Source: Candidatus Margulisiibacteriota bacterium
GTDB taxonomy: Bacteria > Margulisbacteria > WOR-1 > O2-12-FULL-45-9
Assembly: GCA_034723395.1 (NCBI GenBank)
Contig: JAYEOW010000040.1
Location: forward strand, 782-64,781
Direction of reading: 5' to 3'
DNA: 64,000 bases
The position numbers and the translations under genes are program-made. This document shows positions 16,658 to 26,637 of this stretch, piece by piece (within the stretch, counting starts at the first letter, position 1; the number at the start of each line of letters is the position of its first letter). A model generated the notes under the pieces. That model did no database searches and had not been told where the DNA came from. It saw nothing but the letters and a program-made list of their open reading frames with translations.

Positions 16658-18183
16658 TAAAAATAAATAGTGCTGCAGTTTTAGGGTTAGATTCGTATCA
16701 AATTGAAGTTGAAGTCGATTCCAGTAAAAGATTGCCTGGACAATCGATTGTCGGTCTTCCGGATGCGGCGGTAAAAGAGTCGCGCGATCGTGTTCGTGCG
16801 GCGATTGAAAATTCCGATTTTCAATTCCCTCCCGGATATTTTACCATCAATCTTGCCCCTGCAGACACAAAGAAAGAGGGGCCCCTTTATGATCTTCCGA
16901 TTGCCCTGGGGATACTTTCGTCCTCTGAGCAGATCTCAACTAAGGATTCTAACGGTACGGTTGTTTTGGGAGAATTATCTTTAGACGGGAGTGTCCGTCC
17001 GGTTAACGGGATATTATCTATTTGCTTATCATTAGCTGGTAAAAAGAGAAAGATATTGGTCCCAAAAGAGAATGCGGACGAGGCGGCATTAGTCAGAGGA
17101 CTCGAAGTTATTCCGGTCCAGAGCTTGAAAGAGGCGGTCGGTTATTTAGGAGGATCAATTAGGATCTCTCCGCACAGAATTGATCTATCCTCACTTTTTA
17201 AGAAGGACCCGGAATACGGGATCGATTTTTCGGATGTAAAAGGGCAGGGGCATGTTAAGCGGGCGCTGGAAATTGCGGCGGCCGGTTCACATAATCTTTT
17301 AATGGTTGGCTCTCCGGGCTCGGGAAAAACAATGCTCGCCCGCCGCATTCCGACCATTCTTCCCCCCTTATCATTAGACGAAGCGCTTGAGGTCACAAAG
17401 CTATATTCGGTAACCGGCTTGCTTCATGGTAAAGGGTCGCTCATCACTTCCCGTCCTTTCCGCACTCCCCACCATACCACTTCGGACATCGGGATCATTG
17501 GCGGAGGAAGGATTCCCAGGCCGGGAGAAGTTAGCTTGGCTCATTTCGGAGTGCTCTTTTTGGATGAGTTTCCGGAATTCGATCGGAGAGTGCTCGAAGT
17601 TCTCCGCCAGCCGCTAGAAGATGGCCATGTAACCATATCCCGGGCCCACTCTTCGCTGACTTATCCGGCACAATTTATGCTGATAGCAGCGATGAATCCC
17701 TGTCCTTGTGGGAGGCTTTACGATTCCAAACAAAGTTGCAGTTGTACCCCTTATGAGATCCAGCGCTACTGGAAAAAGCTTTCGGGCCCATTGATCGATC
17801 GGATAGATATTCAACTCGAAGTCCCAAGACTCAGACCTGAAGAGCTGTCTGCGATGCCTGAAGGAGAGCCATCTAGAAATATTCGCGAAAGAGTTATCAA
17901 GGCGAGAAATATCCAGCGAGAGCGATTTAAAGATAGTGGGATCTATTCAAATTCGAGGATGAACCCAAAACAATTAAAGAAGTTTTGCGAATTGGATAAG
18001 GAGGCGGAAGGGATCTTAAAATCGGCAATTATTCACCTTAATTTAAGCGGGCGCGCCTACGATAAAGTCTTAAAAGTTGCCAGAACAATTGCCGATCTTG
18101 AAAGGATCGAAATGATCGAGGCGAAGCATATTGCTGAGGCAACACAATATCGATCATTAGATAGGAAAGGAGGTGAAATTTAG
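16651..18183 (+). CDS. comM: YifB/ComM family Mg-chelatase-like AAA ATPase
   Basis: N-terminal Lon-like domain, a Walker A GSPGSGKT, and an MCM/chelatase-like C-terminus, 510 aa. Confidence 0.85.
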   Translation: MLVKINSAAVLGLDSYQIEVEVDSSKRLPGQSIVGLPDAAVKESRDRVRAAIENSDFQFPPGYFTINLAPADTKKEGPLYDLPIALGILSSSEQISTKDSNGTVVLGELSLDGSVRPVNGILSICLSLAGKKRKILVPKENADEAALVRGLEVIPVQSLKEAVGYLGGSIRISPHRIDLSSLFKKDPEYGIDFSDVKGQGHVKRALEIAAAGSHNLLMVGSPGSGKTMLARRIPTILPPLSLDEALEVTKLYSVTGLLHGKGSLITSRPFRTPHHTTSDIGIIGGGRIPRPGEVSLAHFGVLFLDEFPEFDRRVLEVLRQPLEDGHVTISRAHSSLTYPAQFMLIAAMNPCPCGRLYDSKQSCSCTPYEIQRYWKKLSGPLIDRIDIQLEVPRLRPEELSAMPEGEPSRNIRERVIKARNIQRERFKDSGIYSNSRMNPKQLKKFCELDKEAEGILKSAIIHLNLSGRAYDKVLKVARTIADLERIEMIEAKHIAEATQYRSLDRKGGEI

Positions 18184-18441
18184 TGTATAAAGTGGTTTAT
18201 CAACTACCTTTTAATTCAATTAGAGAAATTTATATGAAGTCAGATGAACTCCAGACGTGGCTTAGATGGAACTGGCTGAAAGAGAGGATAATTAGTTATG
18301 AAAAAGTGTTATCAATATAATAAAGATAGTTATCGAAGGATCAGGATGCTGGAAAGAATATTAATAAATGAGAATTCAGATGAAGTTAAGAGACTTTTAG
18401 CGATGGTTGGGTTGATGCAGTTTGCTTTAAGGAAGAACGAA

Positions 18442-19788
18442 TTATAGCTTTATCTTCTCCCCATGTACGATCTTGTTAATCACAAGGCCGGAGAGAAGCT
18501 TGGGATAGAAATAAGTCGACTTATGGGGCATTTTTTCGAGCTTGCTGGCGATCGAGGTGATCTCTTCGAGCTTGGTCGGATTTAGCAAAAAGGCGACCTG
18601 ATAATCGTGATTATCAACCCGATCGATTGCCTCTTCGAGTGCTTTAACATATGAGACCTTATCTTCGGTTTCGTTAGCAATTCCAAGGATACGATCAAAT
18701 ACCGCATAGTGAAGAACCGTTACATCGAGGTTTTTCCATGCTTTCGGCTTTTCCTCCTCGACCATCTCTTCTACAACGTATTCATCTTTTAAGGTCAACA
18801 GGTAATATTTGTTATTCCCGAGATACATGCCATAAGCGTGTTGATCGAGACCTTTCTTTGTTAGATCTTTTAATAGTTTCTTCTGCACCCTTTTTGCAGA
18901 TGTTTTGGTCGCCTTGTATAATTTCACGTCAAAGAAGCGTTCGAGCTCTTTTTCAAAACGGTTCGGATCAAAATAGGGTAGATTGTACAGCACCCGATGG
19001 ATTGGGAGCACGGCTAAACCTTTGTCCTCGATAGGGGTAAAATACATCAATATGTGATTATAAGCTTCTTCTTCGGAGAATTTGGTGTTTTTTGTCTTTA
19101 GTTCATTCTTAAAACGGAGGGCTGCTTCATAGCGATGGTGGCCGTCGGCGATAAAGACAGTCTTGTCGCGCATTTCTTTAATGATCTTGGTGATAGCGGG
19201 TTTCTTGTCTATTTTCCAGAGGCGGTGTTTTACTTTATCTTTATCTTTATCTGTTACATCAATCAGCGGTTTTCTTCGCATGTATTTCTTGAAAATCTTT
19301 AAAAGTTTACTTTTTGGATCGCTATAGACCGAGAAGATCGACTCAAGATTTGAGGAGGTTGTCCGCATCAGCTGGAGCCGGTCGAGCTTTGCCCGGGAAT
19401 AAGTCTCTTCATGAGGAAATACCTTGCCGCGTCCCATATCTTCGAGCCTTAAGAGGGCGAAAAATCCGAGCCGGGTAAACTTTTTACCTTCTAGGCTAAA
19501 GCGCTGTTCGTAAATATAAAAAGAGGGTTTTTCATCCTTTATCAGGATGCGGTGGCGGAGCCATCCTTCAAGAAAAGCGGCCGAGCGGATATATTTGTTA
19601 TTATATTCCCCATCACTGGAAAATTCTTTGCCCAGGATAAGCCGGATGAAATTGAAATCGTGCAGATTATAAAAATCCTCCTGCATTTTATCATCGATAA
19701 CATCATAGGGTGGGGTAAAAAGATTGTCGAGCTTTTTAAATTTACCTTTATTATAAAGAATTCCTTCGAAAGGAAATAATTTAACCAT
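18442..19788 (-). CDS. DUF1015 family protein
   Basis: The N-terminal ...FTPPYDVIDD... region resembles DUF1015. 448 aa. Confidence 0.5.
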   Translation of the reverse strand: MVKLFPFEGILYNKGKFKKLDNLFTPPYDVIDDKMQEDFYNLHDFNFIRLILGKEFSSDGEYNNKYIRSAAFLEGWLRHRILIKDEKPSFYIYEQRFSLEGKKFTRLGFFALLRLEDMGRGKVFPHEETYSRAKLDRLQLMRTTSSNLESIFSVYSDPKSKLLKIFKKYMRRKPLIDVTDKDKDKVKHRLWKIDKKPAITKIIKEMRDKTVFIADGHHRYEAALRFKNELKTKNTKFSEEEAYNHILMYFTPIEDKGLAVLPIHRVLYNLPYFDPNRFEKELERFFDVKLYKATKTSAKRVQKKLLKDLTKKGLDQHAYGMYLGNNKYYLLTLKDEYVVEEMVEEEKPKAWKNLDVTVLHYAVFDRILGIANETEDKVSYVKALEEAIDRVDNHDYQVAFLLNPTKLEEITSIASKLEKMPHKSTYFYPKLLSGLVINKIVHGEKIKL

Positions 19789-19845
19789 GGCGATCGCATT
19801 ATAACATCACTTTAATTTCGCGTCAAATTTGCTATAATACGGCAG

Positions 19846-22155
19846 ATGAGAACCCGAAAACCGGTAATTTTTGTTTTAATAAGCTTATTTTTCATCCTTC
19901 CCGGCTTTGCCAAGTTCATCGATGTGCCGAAAGGGCACAAGAGCGCTCCCGCCATCCAGAAGCTTCTCGATTTCGGCATAATAAAACTTTCTCAGGAGGG
20001 GAAATTTAAGGGAAAAACCCCTGTGACCATGTATCAAATGACGGTAATAATGGACGAGATCCTGGACAAATCGGGAAAGAGAAAGGCCCTGGAGGCGGTG
20101 CCGATCGAAGATTTTTACGTCAATGTACCAGAAAAACATTATGCTTATAGGGCGGTCAGGGATATGGTTAAAATGGGACTTTTTGTTGTTCCTGATTCAA
20201 AGGTCTTTCCCGGGGAGATCAAAGTTAACCGCGCAACATTTTATTCCTACATGGCGGCCTTTTTAGAGAGGTTGGAGGGGAAGGCCTTGGCAAAGGCGGC
20301 TGCGAATAAAGGATATTCGGACCTTTCAAAGGGTCACGCGGCCTATCCTTATGTGCAAAAACTGATTGGTGCCGGTCTTCTTGGCGGGAAGGGAAAATTC
20401 AACGAGAATATGCTGGTTAGCCGTTATGAGATGGCCTCCTTTATCGATAAGATCGTTGATTATTACTTAAAACTTAAGGTCGCGGGGAGGGTGGGGGACC
20501 AAAGCGGATATATTGATATTCTAAAAAGCAATTACGCCTTCAATTCAATTAATGAGCTGATTGAGATCGGAGTATTGAAGCCGAGGGATGGGGAGAAGTT
20601 TTTTGGAAAGACCTTGATCAACCGTTATTTTCTGGCGGACCTGACCTTAAGGATCCTCGAAAAAGTTGTCTTGCAGGAAGATGTTAAGCCTGCCCCCTTT
20701 GCCAGGTCTTATAAGGATGTCCCGACGAGCCATTTTGCGTATAAGTCGATCCAAAAGCTGATAACTTTAGGAGTCATCCCGCCGGGGAACCGGGCTGAGC
20801 TTTTCTACGGAGAGAGGAAGATCAGCCGTTATCAGATGGCATATTTTGCTTTTTCGGCGGTCGAGTATGTGCTGCGCGATACGCTTATCTTTCAACCGGC
20901 GCACTCTTCGCTCGGTTATTACGATGTCCCGACCGATTATTTTGTCTTTGACACGATACAAAAACTGGTATGGCTGGATGTTTTGGAAGGCGGGTTGAAA
21001 AATAAGTATAACGGCAACGAATATATCGACCGGTATGAGCTCTGCTCTTTCTCGGTGGAGCTGATTGAGGCGGTGTTTGAAAAGATCGAGGAGCTGAAAG
21101 AGGAGGTTTATAAAAAACCAGAGGGGTTTGGTTTTGAGACCTATCTGAACACACAGCTTAATTTTTCCCAGGTTTCAGGCGTGACGGAAGCAAGCGCGTA
21201 TCAGCAGGCCGATATCATGGTCGACCGGGAGATAAGGAAGGACCTTTCGGCTTTTATTTCTTTCTCATCACGCTATAATTTCGGGGATACGACGACTTTA
21301 AGCTCCCCTTTCCTGGAACAGGCTTATCTTTTGTTTGAGGAGGGGCCTTTTGTTGCCCAGGTTGGCCGCGCCGATTATTATCAGGGGTATACCCCGTTTG
21401 GGAACAGTATTTATGTAGACACAAATTCGATCGACCAGGTCCTGGCAAATTATGACCATCATCTGTTCAACCTTAATGCGATCGCCGGTAAGTTTGTTTA
21501 TTTTGGAGATATAAGCCTGGATTCTAATTTTGGCACAATAGCTTTTTCTCCCAAACTTCCGCCAACGCTAAGCTGGCTGGAGCTTTCGTTGGGGACGAGT
21601 ATTGTTACCGATCTTCCTGATCCGACCTTTAGTTATACGCTGCCGACCAGGGTGGTGCAGGGCTACGGAGGGCTGAGGATAAACCTGTTAAATGTTTTTG
21701 AATTTACCGCGGAAACCGCTAACCTGACCTTTAGCGATCCTTCTGTTTTTTCGATAATCGGGACATCTGCCAATAAAGATACAACAGCGACCCAATATTC
21801 ACTTTCATATTACTCGGAAGATTTTGGTTATGTGGTATCGCTGGGCTATCAGGCGATCGGGGACGATTATTTCCTGAGCGTTTTCAACGACCCGACCTCG
21901 ATCCCGGGGACCGCCCGGAATACCGAAAGCTGGCTGTTCAGGACCAGGCATTATCCTTCATCTGCCCAAATGATCGGGGCGGATCTCTCTTATGTCTCAA
22001 CCGACGGTTATAATAATAAGACAGGATTGTCGGGTTACTATAACTTTGAAGTGCTCGAAGATGCTTATCTGAATTTCGAGCTGAGCAAGATCATGGATAA
22101 TCTCTCTGCGCAGGATGAAATTAGGGCTTCCTGCTCATTTTCGCTTTCGTTCTAG
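19846..22155 (+). CDS. SLH-domain outer membrane protein with a C-terminal beta-barrel (OmpM-like porin/tether)
   Basis: Signal peptide, then at least five SLH-like repeats (FIDVPKGHKSAPAIQKL; YSDLSKGHAAYPYVQKLIGAGL; YKDVPTSHFAYKSIQKLITLGV; YYDVPTDYFVFDTIQKL). The C-terminal 350 aa has an amphipathic beta-strand pattern ending in ...SFSLSF. Confidence 0.65.
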   Translation: MRTRKPVIFVLISLFFILPGFAKFIDVPKGHKSAPAIQKLLDFGIIKLSQEGKFKGKTPVTMYQMTVIMDEILDKSGKRKALEAVPIEDFYVNVPEKHYAYRAVRDMVKMGLFVVPDSKVFPGEIKVNRATFYSYMAAFLERLEGKALAKAAANKGYSDLSKGHAAYPYVQKLIGAGLLGGKGKFNENMLVSRYEMASFIDKIVDYYLKLKVAGRVGDQSGYIDILKSNYAFNSINELIEIGVLKPRDGEKFFGKTLINRYFLADLTLRILEKVVLQEDVKPAPFARSYKDVPTSHFAYKSIQKLITLGVIPPGNRAELFYGERKISRYQMAYFAFSAVEYVLRDTLIFQPAHSSLGYYDVPTDYFVFDTIQKLVWLDVLEGGLKNKYNGNEYIDRYELCSFSVELIEAVFEKIEELKEEVYKKPEGFGFETYLNTQLNFSQVSGVTEASAYQQADIMVDREIRKDLSAFISFSSRYNFGDTTTLSSPFLEQAYLLFEEGPFVAQVGRADYYQGYTPFGNSIYVDTNSIDQVLANYDHHLFNLNAIAGKFVYFGDISLDSNFGTIAFSPKLPPTLSWLELSLGTSIVTDLPDPTFSYTLPTRVVQGYGGLRINLLNVFEFTAETANLTFSDPSVFSIIGTSANKDTTATQYSLSYYSEDFGYVVSLGYQAIGDDYFLSVFNDPTSIPGTARNTESWLFRTRHYPSSAQMIGADLSYVSTDGYNNKTGLSGYYNFEVLEDAYLNFELSKIMDNLSAQDEIRASCSFSLSF

Positions 22156-22515
22156 GGCGCGGTTGACTAGATCGTATATAACTTCCATCATAAAAGGTTT
22201 GCTGACGTATTCCATGGCTCCTAATTCGACTGCCCGGACCTTGCTTTTTTCCGAAGCGTAGCCGGTAACGATGCAGCATTCGGTCGAAGGGCTTAATTCC
22301 TTTATCTTTGCCAGAATATCCAATCCGATATCGCGGCCGTTAAAGCGGAGATCGATAAAGGCGATATCAAATTTATCTTTCTGGACGGCAGAGGCGGCGT
22401 CTTCGAGGTTCATAGCCGTCTTGACCGCATACTCCTTTACCTCAAGGATCATTTTTAGCGATTCGAGGACCGCTAATTCGTCGTCAACTACCAGGCAATT
22501 TGTTTTATCGGCCAT
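22135..22515 (-). CDS. single-domain response regulator (CheY-like receiver)
   Basis: LVVDDE...D, DIAFIDLRF and the conserved K of receiver domains, 126 aa. Confidence 0.8.
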   Translation of the reverse strand: MADKTNCLVVDDELAVLESLKMILEVKEYAVKTAMNLEDAASAVQKDKFDIAFIDLRFNGRDIGLDILAKIKELSPSTECCIVTGYASEKSKVRAVELGAMEYVSKPFMMEVIYDLVNRALERKRK

Positions 22516-22525
22516 TGGTCTCTCC

Positions 22526-22738
22526 TTATTTTTTCGATAACAGAAGCTCGAACACGTTTATCTGTTCGATGACCATGCGGCCTCCGTCAGGGCCGGGTTG
22601 GGTCAGTTCTATTTTAAACTGCCAGAGCCAAATTACAACCCCCACCAGTATAGCAAAAACGGCCAGGGTTGCGATCTCGACGATTCGGGCCTGCCTGGCC
22701 ATCTCCTGCTGGGTTATCGCTTTAAATATATTTTTCAT
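22526..22738 (-). CDS. small membrane protein, unknown function
   Basis: 70 aa with one central TM helix. It overlaps the ABC exporter stop by 4 nt, suggesting translational coupling. Confidence 0.35.
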   Translation of the reverse strand: MKNIFKAITQQEMARQARIVEIATLAVFAILVGVVIWLWQFKIELTQPGPDGGRMVIEQINVFELLLSKK

Positions 22739-24474
22739 TCTTCACCTGCATGCGCTTGATAGAATTTGTAGAATTCGCCCTTCTTTTCGAGCAGCTTTTC
22801 GAACGTCCCTTGTTCCGTTATCCGGTTCTTGTGGATCACGTAGATCTTATCCGCGTTCTTAAGGGTGGGGATGCGATGAGAGATTATGATCACCGTCTTA
22901 TCTTTGCAGCGCCTTTTTAGATTTTCATAAACCTTGGCTTCGACCAAGCTGTCGAGGGCGGAGGTCGCTTCGTCCAATACCAGGATCTTTACGTCGCGGT
23001 AGAGGGCGCGGGCGATTGCCAGCCTTTGCTCCTGCCCGCCCGAGAGGCCGATCCCCCCTTCGCCGATCCGGGTATCGTAGCCATTGGCGCAGCCCATGAT
23101 AAAATCGTGGATCTCCGCGTCCTTGGCGGCCTGGACCATGTTCTTTTCGTTTATCTCTTTGCATCCGTACTGGAGGTTCTCGCGGATCGTCCCCGAAAAA
23201 ATTATCACATCCTGGGAGACGATCGAGATATAGGCGCGGAGGGTCATCAGCGAGACCTGTTTGAGGTCGTATTTATCGACATAGATGTGGCCTTCGCTCG
23301 GATCTAAAAAGCGGAGGATCAGATCGAGGATCGTGCTTTTTCCGGCGCCGCTCGCTCCGGCTACCGCGGTGATCTGCCCCGGATTCGCGGTGAGGCTGAT
23401 GTTTTTCAGAATATACTCTTTCGTATCCGCGTAGTGGAAGCTGACTTTATCGAATTTGATCTTCCCTTCGATATAATAAAGGACAAAGGTTTTAACGTCC
23501 TGGTAAGCTTCGGGCTCAACGTCCATGATCTCGTTGACGCGGGTGATCGAGACAAAACTGCGCGCCAGTGATTTATATACTTCGCCGAAATCCATAAAGG
23601 GCTGGTGGATCTGCCCCAGGTAGACCAGTATCGCCATGATCTCTCCAATCGTGATATGGCCGGTGATCACGCGGTAGCCGGCATACCAGGCGATAAAGCT
23701 GGTCCAGAGGGTAATCATAGTCGAGTCGAGAAAGCTGTTGAACAGGCCGGTAAACAGATTTTCCCGCACCAGCATAAAGACCGATCTTAGTTTATCGATC
23801 AGCCTCCCGGTTTCATAAACTTCCTGGTTAAAGGATTTGATCGTCTTAATGTTGCCCATCTTTTCCTGATAAAAGGAATAGATCTCCGATTCTCTTTTTT
23901 GGGATTTTTCCTGGATATCCTCAAAGCGTTCGGCAAAGATCCTGGTCTCGATAAAATAGAGCGGGATGCCGAGCAGGGCGAGGAGGGTGAGATTCCAGTC
24001 GATCATGATGCAGATGATAAATAAGGCGATCAGCTGCAGGGCGGTCTTGACCAGGACCGGGATCGTTTCGGCCACTGTATCCACGATTACGTCAATGTCG
24101 TCAGTTACCCTTACCATCATATCGCCCACCTGTTTTTCCTTATGCACGCTCATCGGCAGGCGGAGGACGCGGGTAAAGAATTTCTGGCGCAGGTCGATCG
24201 AGAGGGTCTGGTGGATAAAGGTGTCGAGGTAGCTGGTTATGCCGGAGAAAAAGGTATCAAAGAGAAAGATCACGATGCCAAAGAGGACCAAGAAGGTCAA
24301 TAAGTAGAGATCCCGGTTTGGATAAGCGTAATCGATCAAAATTTTTGTGATCAGCGGGGCGGCCATGCTAAAGATGACCGAGAGGCCGACCGCCAGCAGG
24401 GACAGTGAGCTTTTATCCCAATAGGGGAGGAGGAGCTTAAAATAGCTTCCGAAGATCTTCAACCTTTCATGCAT
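22735..24474 (-). CDS. ABC exporter, fused permease/ATPase (MsbA/type I exporter family)
   Basis: Six-TM N-terminal half, Walker A GASGAGKST, signature LSGGQEQR and Walker B ILVLDEATS. 579 aa, no peptidase domain. Confidence 0.85.
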   Translation of the reverse strand: MHERLKIFGSYFKLLLPYWDKSSLSLLAVGLSVIFSMAAPLITKILIDYAYPNRDLYLLTFLVLFGIVIFLFDTFFSGITSYLDTFIHQTLSIDLRQKFFTRVLRLPMSVHKEKQVGDMMVRVTDDIDVIVDTVAETIPVLVKTALQLIALFIICIMIDWNLTLLALLGIPLYFIETRIFAERFEDIQEKSQKRESEIYSFYQEKMGNIKTIKSFNQEVYETGRLIDKLRSVFMLVRENLFTGLFNSFLDSTMITLWTSFIAWYAGYRVITGHITIGEIMAILVYLGQIHQPFMDFGEVYKSLARSFVSITRVNEIMDVEPEAYQDVKTFVLYYIEGKIKFDKVSFHYADTKEYILKNISLTANPGQITAVAGASGAGKSTILDLILRFLDPSEGHIYVDKYDLKQVSLMTLRAYISIVSQDVIIFSGTIRENLQYGCKEINEKNMVQAAKDAEIHDFIMGCANGYDTRIGEGGIGLSGGQEQRLAIARALYRDVKILVLDEATSALDSLVEAKVYENLKRRCKDKTVIIISHRIPTLKNADKIYVIHKNRITEQGTFEKLLEKKGEFYKFYQAHAGEE

Positions 24475-24548
24475 TAATTATAGTATATAACTTGAAGAAG
24501 AATCGGGCAAGCTGACGGATTTATGATATAATACTTGTGGAGGTGTTT

Positions 24549-24719
24549 ATTATGGCAATGAGTAAAAGACACAGCAAAAGCAGCAGGCTTTCAGGTATTA
24601 AAAAGACACGAGCAAAACCAAAGATACAAATGGATGATGATTTGACCCGAACATTTATAAAGAAAACTGAAGGGAAACTACAAAAAAGAGTGCCGGGAAC
24701 AAAATGGAAAGTGGCTTGA
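24549..24719 (+). CDS. small Lys/Arg-rich hypothetical protein (56 aa)
   Basis: GGAGGTG RBS, then ATG (MAMSKRHSKSSRLSGIKKTRAKPK...). No recognisable domain. Confidence 0.3.
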   Translation: MMAMSKRHSKSSRLSGIKKTRAKPKIQMDDDLTRTFIKKTEGKLQKRVPGTKWKVA

Positions 24720-24986
24720 TAATATAGCTGTATTTTATGCAAAAAAAAATGTCCCGCACCTAAGCAGTACCACCGTGCTCTGGCTAAAGAAATTATTAGT
24801 AATTTATCCTCCCTTATTGAGCTTGATTATTTATCTAAGCGCGATTCTTCCCCCGATTCATGTGAGATAATTTATCAGCCGGAATTTCTTTATCGAACCG
24901 CCGACCCAAGGATTGATTTTATTAAACGCCTTTTAGAAATCACTTTCTCTGATTCCGATCTCCCGACTAATCCGTCATCTTTTAGT

Positions 24987-26387
24987 TTGAAGCGCCTTAA
25001 GGACTGGATGGTCGGAATTACAGCTGACGATCTTATTGAACAGATGAGCTGGGCGTGCAAAGCGGATTGTGTTTTTTGTTATCAGAAAGGGAGCCCCCCT
25101 TTTATGCGCGTGAAGATGCGCATGTCTAAGGAAGAGATCAAGACACGGCTTAAGTATTATAATGGGAAAAAGGGGCTTACATGGTGTACTCCTTATGAAA
25201 ATGACGAAGTGTTGAACAATCCATTCATTGAGAATGTGCTGAAGCAGATCCGGCGAAAAGACAAAGAGATGCTGCGGATCATTACTAATGGGGTCGCTCT
25301 TACGCCACAAATGATCGCCAAACTAAAAAAAGCTATGCCGCTATTCATTGACATATCGCTAAACAGCACAAATCCTGAGATACGCAGAAAATTGATGCGT
25401 GACTCATCCCCGGAAATCGCGATCCAGAGCATCCCCTTGCTTAGAAAGCACAAAATTCCTTTTGTAGTTAAGATCGTTGCTTGGCCGGGAGTCCCCTTTT
25501 CAGATATTGAAAAAACGATCAAGTATGCAGATAAATACGATGCTTTCCGCGTAGAAATTGGAAGCCCGGGAGTAACGCGTTACCTTCCGGATGTTTCTTT
25601 TGATTATAAGCGGCACTGGAAGAGGGTAGTTAAGTTTGTGAATTCAATAAAGCGGAAATATAACATACCTATTGTGTCTGATATTTATATTGATAAGAAT
25701 AATTATAGACGGTGGGATATTCCAGTTGTACAGGGAACCATAAAGCATTCACCGGCCTATACTCATGGAGTTAAGCCCGGAGACGTTATTGAAGAAGTGA
25801 ATGGACAGCTTGTGGATTCCCTTTTCGGGGTTTTTAGGGAATTGTTGAAGCGGCGGAAGGCGCGGTTAAAGATTCGCCGCGGCGGTAAAACTTTATTTTT
25901 TAACCTAAAAGAGAAAAAAAAGTATCCGTATCTATTTGACGGTCAAAGGATGCGGGGCCCTTTCGGGATAAGATTTAAATTAGCCAAAGAACTCATGCTT
26001 TCGGATGACGACATCATTGATATTAAGCGATTTGCTAACATTCATCGGGCGAAAAGAGTATTAGTTTTAACCTCGGCCAGGGCCTATTTCTTGATCAAAT
26101 ATAAGATGGAGAAGTTGAAACTTTTTAAAAGTAGTAATGCCCGGATAAAACTGGCGATCGCTGAAAATAAAATGTACGGCGGTAACACCAAGTGCGCGAA
26201 TTTACTGGTGGTAGATGATTATATTCATGCCGTGAAAAAGCACAAGAAGGAATTTAAGCCGGACCTGGTGGTTATTCCTTCGAGCCCCTTTAATGCCTGG
26301 GAGCGGGATGTGGTGGGGCGGGTGAACCTCGATATCGAGAGAGAGACAAAGGTCCCCGTAGAGTTTGTTTACAACGAAATACTCTAA
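24987..26387 (+). CDS. radical SAM - PDZ - DUF512 three-domain protein
   Basis: CKADCVFC is Cx3Cx2C. A PDZ-like stretch (GVKPGDVIEEVNGQLVDSLF) and a C-terminal block shared with the 26638-27219 protein (PDLVVIPSSPFNAWERDVVGRVNLDIERETKVPVEFVYNE) follow. The frame is open from 24722 with no ATG before 25008; an ATG at 24737 sits one frame off, just before an A9 run. Confidence 0.65.
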   Translation: MKRLKDWMVGITADDLIEQMSWACKADCVFCYQKGSPPFMRVKMRMSKEEIKTRLKYYNGKKGLTWCTPYENDEVLNNPFIENVLKQIRRKDKEMLRIITNGVALTPQMIAKLKKAMPLFIDISLNSTNPEIRRKLMRDSSPEIAIQSIPLLRKHKIPFVVKIVAWPGVPFSDIEKTIKYADKYDAFRVEIGSPGVTRYLPDVSFDYKRHWKRVVKFVNSIKRKYNIPIVSDIYIDKNNYRRWDIPVVQGTIKHSPAYTHGVKPGDVIEEVNGQLVDSLFGVFRELLKRRKARLKIRRGGKTLFFNLKEKKKYPYLFDGQRMRGPFGIRFKLAKELMLSDDDIIDIKRFANIHRAKRVLVLTSARAYFLIKYKMEKLKLFKSSNARIKLAIAENKMYGGNTKCANLLVVDDYIHAVKKHKKEFKPDLVVIPSSPFNAWERDVVGRVNLDIERETKVPVEFVYNEIL

Positions 26388-26624
26388 TTACTTATAAAGC
26401 TTATTGATCTTCACGCTATCCAAAAAATGAAACCCATCCACCTTCACGTCTTCTCCCTTATAAGTCAGTGCCACAATATCCATGGTTTCTTTTAGCAGGT
26501 CTTTGACGAAATCTTTAAAAGGATCCTTGCTGCGCCGTTTCTTTTTGGGGATATCCAGCTTCCAGCGTAGAATAAAGTCGCCGTTTTCGTCAAGGTTAGG
26601 ATTCGTTTGTTTTTTATTTTTCAT
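26388..26624 (-). CDS. hypothetical basic protein (78 aa from MKNKK)
   Basis: AAGGAG RBS before the ATG at 26624. No recognisable domain. Confidence 0.35.
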   Translation of the reverse strand: MKNKKQTNPNLDENGDFILRWKLDIPKKKRRSKDPFKDFVKDLLKETMDIVALTYKGEDVKVDGFHFLDSVKINKLYK

Positions 26625-26637
26625 GATGTTTCTCCTT

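Noticed and set aside
18295-18444. 49-aa ORF (MKKCYQYNKDSYRRIRMLERILINENSDEVKRLLAMVGLMQFALRKNEL) in the 258-nt gap after comM
   Set aside because: It has no RBS and no recognisable motif, and the region is AT-rich. It is probably promoter/UTR of the convergent DUF1015 gene. Not reported as a feature.
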